DNA from: an uncultured Pseudomonadota bacterium
GTDB lineage: Bacteria; Pseudomonadota; Alphaproteobacteria; JACZXZ01
Reading direction: 5' to 3'
NCBI GenBank assembly: GCA_963749075.1
Contig: CAVVLJ010000017.1
Coordinates: 32,001 to 96,000, forward strand
DNA: 64,000 nucleotides
The notes beneath the pieces are model-generated. The model saw only the letters and a list, made by a program, of their open reading frames with translations, did no database searches and was not told the origin of the DNA. The position numbers were made by a program, and so were the translations under genes. Shown here piece after piece: positions 58,925-64,000 of the stretch; position 1 is the first letter of the stretch, and each line of letters begins with the position of its first letter.

Positions 58925-60367
58925 CTAATCGGCGGCCTCCCCCGCCTGGCCCGGCTTCCGCGGCGCCTGCCGCAGCAGCGCCGCGGCGGCGTCCTCGACC
59001 ACCGTGCCGCGGAAATAGTCGGGGTTCATGGAGAGGTGCATCATCGCCGGGTTGACGAAGGTGAGGTCGCGGAAATTCTCCCTCGTCAGCAGCTTGGCGT
59101 TCACCAGGCTCCAGGCTTCGCTCAGGATGCTGGCGGCGTCGAGCACGTCCCAATGGCCGATATCCGAGCCGAACACCGGCTTGAGGGTGGCCCCGAGCGG
59201 GTTGAGGCGGCGGTTGAAGGCGAGCGGGACCATGCGATCGTCGGCCTCGCAGCCGAAATAGAAGGGCTCGACGAAGAGCTGGCGCAATTGCCTGAGCTCG
59301 GTCAAGGCGCAGGCGGCGAACTCGTCGAACCGGTCGGGCCGCTCGATCATGAAGTTGCCGTGCGGGTTGGCGCGGATGCGCTCGGGCGCCAGCCGCGGGC
59401 TGCCGAAGTCGCGGAAGAGCCGCTCCAAGAGCTCAATGTCGAGCAGCGCCGGATCGAGGTTCTTGGCCATCGCCTTGACGTTGCGCTTCTCCCAATGCTC
59501 GACGATGTCGTTGAGGAGGTTGACCGCCCAACCGACGCCGCCCTCGAGGAAGCCGAAGGAGAGCTCGGGGAAGCGCTTCGTGACGCCGCTGAAGATCAGC
59601 GAGCGGCAGAAGAACTCGGCGCCCGCGGCGAAGTCGCCGAGATGGTTGAAGACGTAGTTGCTCGGCGAGGCGCGGTAGCCGATGCCGCGCGACGAGGTGT
59701 GGCAGACCGGCGTCACCTTGAGCTCGATGCATTTCTGCCAGAACGGATCATAGTCGTAGGGCGAATCCATCACGATCGAGCGCGTCGACTGCGTCGGCGA
59801 CAGGAACGGGTCCTTGCCGGCCGCCGTCCGGCCGGCCCCGCGCAGCTCGGTGCCGATCATCACCGCCTTGTGGCCGAGCTCCTTGACGGCGAACTCGAGC
59901 TCCTCGATCGCCTCCTGCGGCGTATAGGTCGGGATCACCGCAACCGGCCGCAGCCGGTCGGCCACGTCGGCGAACATCTCGGCGTAGAGCATGTTGAGCG
60001 CGCGGCAGCTCGCCCGCCGCGCCGCCTCGTCCTGGAGATAGACGTGGCTCAGGCCGCGCGTCGTGTAGCAATGCGCGAAGTCGATGCCGAGCTCGTCGAG
60101 GCGCGAGCGGAAATAGCGCGGCAGCTGCGCCATGGCGCGGTCGCCCGTATGGCCGCCGGACGGCAGCCCCCACCAGAAGCCGCGGACGGTGGGGCCGTGA
60201 TGGGCGCGCGTCGCGATCACCGTCTTGACGACGTCCTCGCCGGCGAGCTGGCGCACGAAATCGAGGTGCGCAAAGTCGCACTCGACGACATGCGCATCGG
60301 CGTCGATCACGGGATGGTCGAGCTTGGCGCGGACGTCGCCCCCCGGAAAGCCCTCGAAGCCCGACAT
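58925..60367 (-). CDS. Amidohydrolase_2 family protein
   Basis: IDADAH, YDPFW, FLEGGVGW, FGSDIGHWD. Confidence 0.85.
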   Translation of the reverse strand: MSGFEGFPGGDVRAKLDHPVIDADAHVVECDFAHLDFVRQLAGEDVVKTVIATRAHHGPTVRGFWWGLPSGGHTGDRAMAQLPRYFRSRLDELGIDFAHCYTTRGLSHVYLQDEAARRASCRALNMLYAEMFADVADRLRPVAVIPTYTPQEAIEELEFAVKELGHKAVMIGTELRGAGRTAAGKDPFLSPTQSTRSIVMDSPYDYDPFWQKCIELKVTPVCHTSSRGIGYRASPSNYVFNHLGDFAAGAEFFCRSLIFSGVTKRFPELSFGFLEGGVGWAVNLLNDIVEHWEKRNVKAMAKNLDPALLDIELLERLFRDFGSPRLAPERIRANPHGNFMIERPDRFDEFAACALTELRQLRQLFVEPFYFGCEADDRMVPLAFNRRLNPLGATLKPVFGSDIGHWDVLDAASILSEAWSLVNAKLLTRENFRDLTFVNPAMMHLSMNPDYFRGTVVEDAAAALLRQAPRKPGQAGEAAD

Positions 60368-60551
60368 GCGCTTTTCTCCCTAGCGCCGCACAAGCCCTTC
60401 GCGCGGCACCGGCAACACTAGCAACCTCGGCACCGCCTGTCACGCTCGCGTCTCGCGATGCGGGACGGCACGTCTTCGCATTGACTCGAACCGGGCAGGC
60501 CCGCATCGTTATGATAGCGACGATCCGCGTTCCGACCGGGAGGGGACTGCG

Positions 60552-61316
60552 ATGGTTCAAGCCGCCGCCAAACCCAGGTACGACTTCAGCAGCCGCACGA
60601 AGTATGACGCATTGATGGAGGTGGTGCGGAGCCGCGTCACGACGCGCGCCTTCGCCGCCGGCTATGTCGTGCCGCGCGAGCATTACGAGATGATTCTCGA
60701 GGCCGCGCGCCACGCGCCGTCGGGCGCCAATGCGCAGCCTTGGCACTTCATCGTGATAACGGACCAGGATCTCAAACGGAGGATCATGGAGTATTTCCGC
60801 GAGGAGCAGGTTCGTCGCGCCAAGCTGAAGATGAAGTTCCCGACGCCCGATTACCGCGGCCTTGCGACGGCGCCTGGGCTCATCGCGGTGGCCAGCGACT
60901 TCCGCTGGGTGAAAGCTTTTCCGGTTCTCAACGACGGCTCCGAGCTCGACAGGATGTATAGGGAGAACGCCGAGCGGATTTTGCTGCAGAGCGTCGCCGC
61001 GGCCACCATGTCGGCGCATCTCGCTGCGGCGGCACTCGGCTACAACGTCTGGTGGGTCACGGCAATCGGCCAGGAAAAAGCGCAGAAGGCGATGAAGCCC
61101 TTGCTGGGCATTCCGGACGAGCTTTCGGTCCTCGACATCATGTGTTTCGGGCCGCCCGCCAAGCCGCCGTACAAGCGCTGGAAGAAGGAGCTGGGCGAGA
61201 TCGCCAATTGGAACAAATTCGATCGCGCTCATTTCATGACCGACGCTCAGATCGATGAATGGATTGCGACCACGCGCCACAAGGTCATGTATCGCGATGC
61301 CGAGAACGTCGACTGA
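60552..61316 (+). CDS. Nitroreductase family protein
   Basis: RVTTRAF, APSGANAQPWHF, HLAAAALG. Confidence 0.88.
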   Translation: MVQAAAKPRYDFSSRTKYDALMEVVRSRVTTRAFAAGYVVPREHYEMILEAARHAPSGANAQPWHFIVITDQDLKRRIMEYFREEQVRRAKLKMKFPTPDYRGLATAPGLIAVASDFRWVKAFPVLNDGSELDRMYRENAERILLQSVAAATMSAHLAAAALGYNVWWVTAIGQEKAQKAMKPLLGIPDELSVLDIMCFGPPAKPPYKRWKKELGEIANWNKFDRAHFMTDAQIDEWIATTRHKVMYRDAENVD

Positions 61317-61442
61317 GCCCGTCCTTGCCGTTGGCAAGCGGGCTGCCAAATGTCGCCTCGATGATCAAACGGTCATGACGGGCGGATATCGTGACGGCAT
61401 CTCTCCGCAACGATCGCGGCAATCAGTCGAGCGACGGCCCGG

Positions 61443-63326
61443 ATGACGTCACTTGAAAGAGCAACGGGGAGGGTTCCGCAGCGCGACCTGCCGGTTCTAA
61501 GTCTGACGGCACTCGGGATCGTGTTCGGGGATATCGGCACCAGCCCGCTCTATACGTTCAAGACCATCCTCGACCTGACCGGAAAGACGCCCGACGCGAG
61601 CACGGTTCTGGGCGCGCTCTCGCTCGTGCTCTGGACGCTCTTCATCATTACCACGGTGAAATATGTCTCCTTTGCCATGCGCGTCGACAATGACGGCGAA
61701 GGCGGCATCCTGGCTCTCATGTCTCTGTTGGGAGTGAAGAAGCGCCAGCTGCCGACCGTCGTGGCCATTGGGCTCTTCGGCGCGGCGCTGATCTACGGCG
61801 ACGGAGCCATCACCCCGGCGATCTCGGTTCTCTCGGCGCTGGAGGGCCTGGACATGGTGACGCCGGCCTGCCAGCCATACGTTGTTCCAATGGCCGCGAT
61901 GATTTTGCTGGTACTGTTTGCCGTGCAATCGCAAGGCACCGCCAGGATCGGGCAAGCCTTTGGGCCGGTGATGCTTCTGTGGTTCGTCGCGATCGCCCTC
62001 ATGGGACTCCGGGGGATCGTGCAACACCCGACGGTCATTGCAGCACTCGACCCGCGATACGGGCTGGCCTATCTCTTTTCCAACGGAATGAGAGGCTTCC
62101 TGGTGCTGGGCGGCGTTTTTCTCTGCGTCACGGGTGCCGAGGCGCTCTACGCGGACATGGGCCATTTCGGCAGAGGACCGATCCGGCTTTCGTGGTTCGC
62201 GATCGTATTTCCAAGCCTGATGTTGAATTACGCCGGACAAGCCGCACTCGTCCTCGAAGGCGCGCCGGCGGGCGGCAACATCTTCTATCGTCTTTGCCCT
62301 CAGCCTTTGCTGATACCGCTCGTCGCCCTGGCGACCTTGGCGACGATCATCGCCAGCCAAGCGATCATCACCGGGGCATTTTCCATGACCCGGCAGGCCA
62401 TCCTGCTTGGCTGGCTGCCGAGGCTGCGGATCAAACAGACGTCATCGGAGGGCTACGGGCAGATCTATGTCGGCACCGTAAATTTCCTCCTCATGGCCGT
62501 GACGATCGGGCTGACGATCGGCTTCGGCAAATCGGACAATCTGGCGGCCGCGTACGGCATCGCCGTTTCGCTGACGATGCTCATAACCTCGGCGCTTCTC
62601 TTCATCGCGATGCGCGAGATCTGGGGCTGGAGCTTGCTCGCCGCAGGAAGCGTCGCGGCGTGTTTTCTTGTCGTCGACAGCGCGTTCTTCCTGGCCAATG
62701 CCGCCAAAGTCGCCGAGGGCGGATATGTCCCGCTCCTTCTGGCCGTTGCCGTCTACGGGCTGATGTGGATCTGGCATCGCGGAATGGCGGCGGTGTCGGC
62801 CCGTATTCATGAATTCCTCATCCCGATTCCGGACTTCATTGCCAAAATCCGGTCGGACAACATTCCGCGCGTGCCGGGAACCGCGGTGTTCCTCACGCGC
62901 ACGTCGCAAGATACGCCGCCCGTGATGGCCTGGCACGTCCAGCACAACCGCGCCTTGCATGAGCATCTGTTCGTTCTGCACGTGGAGGTTCTGCCGGTTC
63001 CCTGGGTTGCACCATTCGAACGGCTCGCCGTCAAGGAAGTCGCCGCGAACTTCTGGCGCGCGGATGCCCGCTACGGCTTCATGGAGCGTCCCCATATCCC
63101 CGAGCTCTTGCTGGCCAGCAAGTCGCTGGGATGCACGGTAAATCTCAGCGATGTGACCTATTACGTCGGTCACGAGACCGTGGTGCGCCGAGAGGACGGC
63201 AGGGGGTTGCCCGCCTGGCAGGAGGCTCTTTTCGCCATGATGGAGCGCAACGCCGCTCATGTCAGCGATTTCTTCAGACTGCCGAGCGATCAGGTCGTCG
63301 AGATTGGACGGCAGATCGCGATTTAG
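61443..63326 (+). CDS. kup: KUP/HAK/KT potassium transporter
   Basis: GIVFGDIGTSPLY, DNDGEGG, GDGAITPAISV, GAEALYADMGHF, GQIY, AYGIAV, YGFME. Confidence 0.95.
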   Translation: MTSLERATGRVPQRDLPVLSLTALGIVFGDIGTSPLYTFKTILDLTGKTPDASTVLGALSLVLWTLFIITTVKYVSFAMRVDNDGEGGILALMSLLGVKKRQLPTVVAIGLFGAALIYGDGAITPAISVLSALEGLDMVTPACQPYVVPMAAMILLVLFAVQSQGTARIGQAFGPVMLLWFVAIALMGLRGIVQHPTVIAALDPRYGLAYLFSNGMRGFLVLGGVFLCVTGAEALYADMGHFGRGPIRLSWFAIVFPSLMLNYAGQAALVLEGAPAGGNIFYRLCPQPLLIPLVALATLATIIASQAIITGAFSMTRQAILLGWLPRLRIKQTSSEGYGQIYVGTVNFLLMAVTIGLTIGFGKSDNLAAAYGIAVSLTMLITSALLFIAMREIWGWSLLAAGSVAACFLVVDSAFFLANAAKVAEGGYVPLLLAVAVYGLMWIWHRGMAAVSARIHEFLIPIPDFIAKIRSDNIPRVPGTAVFLTRTSQDTPPVMAWHVQHNRALHEHLFVLHVEVLPVPWVAPFERLAVKEVAANFWRADARYGFMERPHIPELLLASKSLGCTVNLSDVTYYVGHETVVRREDGRGLPAWQEALFAMMERNAAHVSDFFRLPSDQVVEIGRQIAI

Positions 63327-63402
63327 GCGGCCCCCCCTCGCCCGCCCCGGGGACATCCTTTAGACTCGCGCCGAATGCGCTGAAGTGCCAAGGAGCATCG
63401 CG

Positions 63403-64000
63403 ATGTCCGACACCGCCTCTCTCCTCTCCTCCCTCGGCCTACCTGCGGCAAGCCTGGCCGAGGGCGATCTCGCCGTGCGCTCGCCCATCGACGGCAGCAT
63501 CCTTGGCCGCGTGAAGAGCGACACGGCACCGAGCGTCGCCCAAAAGATCGCGCGCGCGGATGCGGCTTTCCGCGTCTGGCGCACGGTGCCGCCGCCGCGG
63601 CGCGGAGAGCTCGTCCGCCTCTTGGGCGAGGAGCTGCGCGCGGCCAAGGAGGCGCTCGGCCTCCTGGTCACCCTCGAGGCGGGGAAGATCCTCGAGGAGG
63701 GCCGCGGCGAGGTGCAGGAGATGATCGACATCTGCGATTTCGCGGTCGGCCTCTCGCGCCAGCTCTACGGCCTCACCATCGCCTCCGAGCGGCCCGGCCA
63801 CCGCATGATGGAGACCTGGCATCCGCTCTCCGCCATCGGCGTGGTGACGGCCTTCAATTTCCCCGTCGCGGTGTGGTCGTGGAACGCCGCGATCGCCCTC
63901 GTGTGCGGCGATCCGGTGGTGTGGAAGCCCTCCGAGAAGACGCCGCTCACGGCGCTTGCCTGCCAGGCGCTCTTCCGCCGCGCGCAGAAGCGCTTCGGCG
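63403..64000 (+). CDS. Aldehyde dehydrogenase, ALDH7/antiquitin-type (3' end outside window)
   Basis: GEVQEMIDICDFAVGLSRQLYG, AFNFPVAVWSWN, WKPSEKTP; absent from the ORF track because it has no stop in the window. Confidence 0.92.
   Translation, partial: MSDTASLLSSLGLPAASLAEGDLAVRSPIDGSILGRVKSDTAPSVAQKIARADAAFRVWRTVPPPRRGELVRLLGEELRAAKEALGLLVTLEAGKILEEGRGEVQEMIDICDFAVGLSRQLYGLTIASERPGHRMMETWHPLSAIGVVTAFNFPVAVWSWNAAIALVCGDPVVWKPSEKTPLTALACQALFRRAQKRFG

Noticed and set aside
61317-61442. Riboswitch upstream of kup
   Set aside because: No recognisable aptamer consensus or terminator.

Overview
High-GC alphaproteobacterial chromosome segment (GAAC-N7-GAAC LexA boxes, DUF192/tRNA-Pro/ETC-subunit/tRNA-Arg genes, form II cox cluster). 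From left to right it contains: the end of a 48-aa-repeat TPR-like protein; an SOS mutagenesis cassette imuA-imuB-dnaE2 split by a FitAB/VapBC-type toxin-antitoxin pair with its own promoter/operator; housekeeping genes (nudF, dmeF, cysK, sseA, hisI, modBC); two secreted Sel1/peptidoglycan-binding lipoproteins; a 3.4 kb integrase-less phage remnant bounded by a 45-bp direct repeat of the tRNA-Arg(UCU) 3' end, carrying a LexA-boxed gene; an uncharacterised FadR-regulated operon (two DJ-1/PfpI proteins, a phosphotriesterase-like enzyme, an amino-acid ABC importer); tRNA-Pro(UGG); a coxGSLMDE-xdhC-mocA Mo-hydroxylase cluster; hydrolases, a nitroreductase, kup and a partial ALDH7-type dehydrogenase. 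Several REP/MITE-like palindromes are present: one in frame inside dnaE2, one apparently replacing the coxE start, and one triple-nested element. A few single-base frameshifts may be sequencing errors. All product calls come from motif recognition by eye; no database searches were run.
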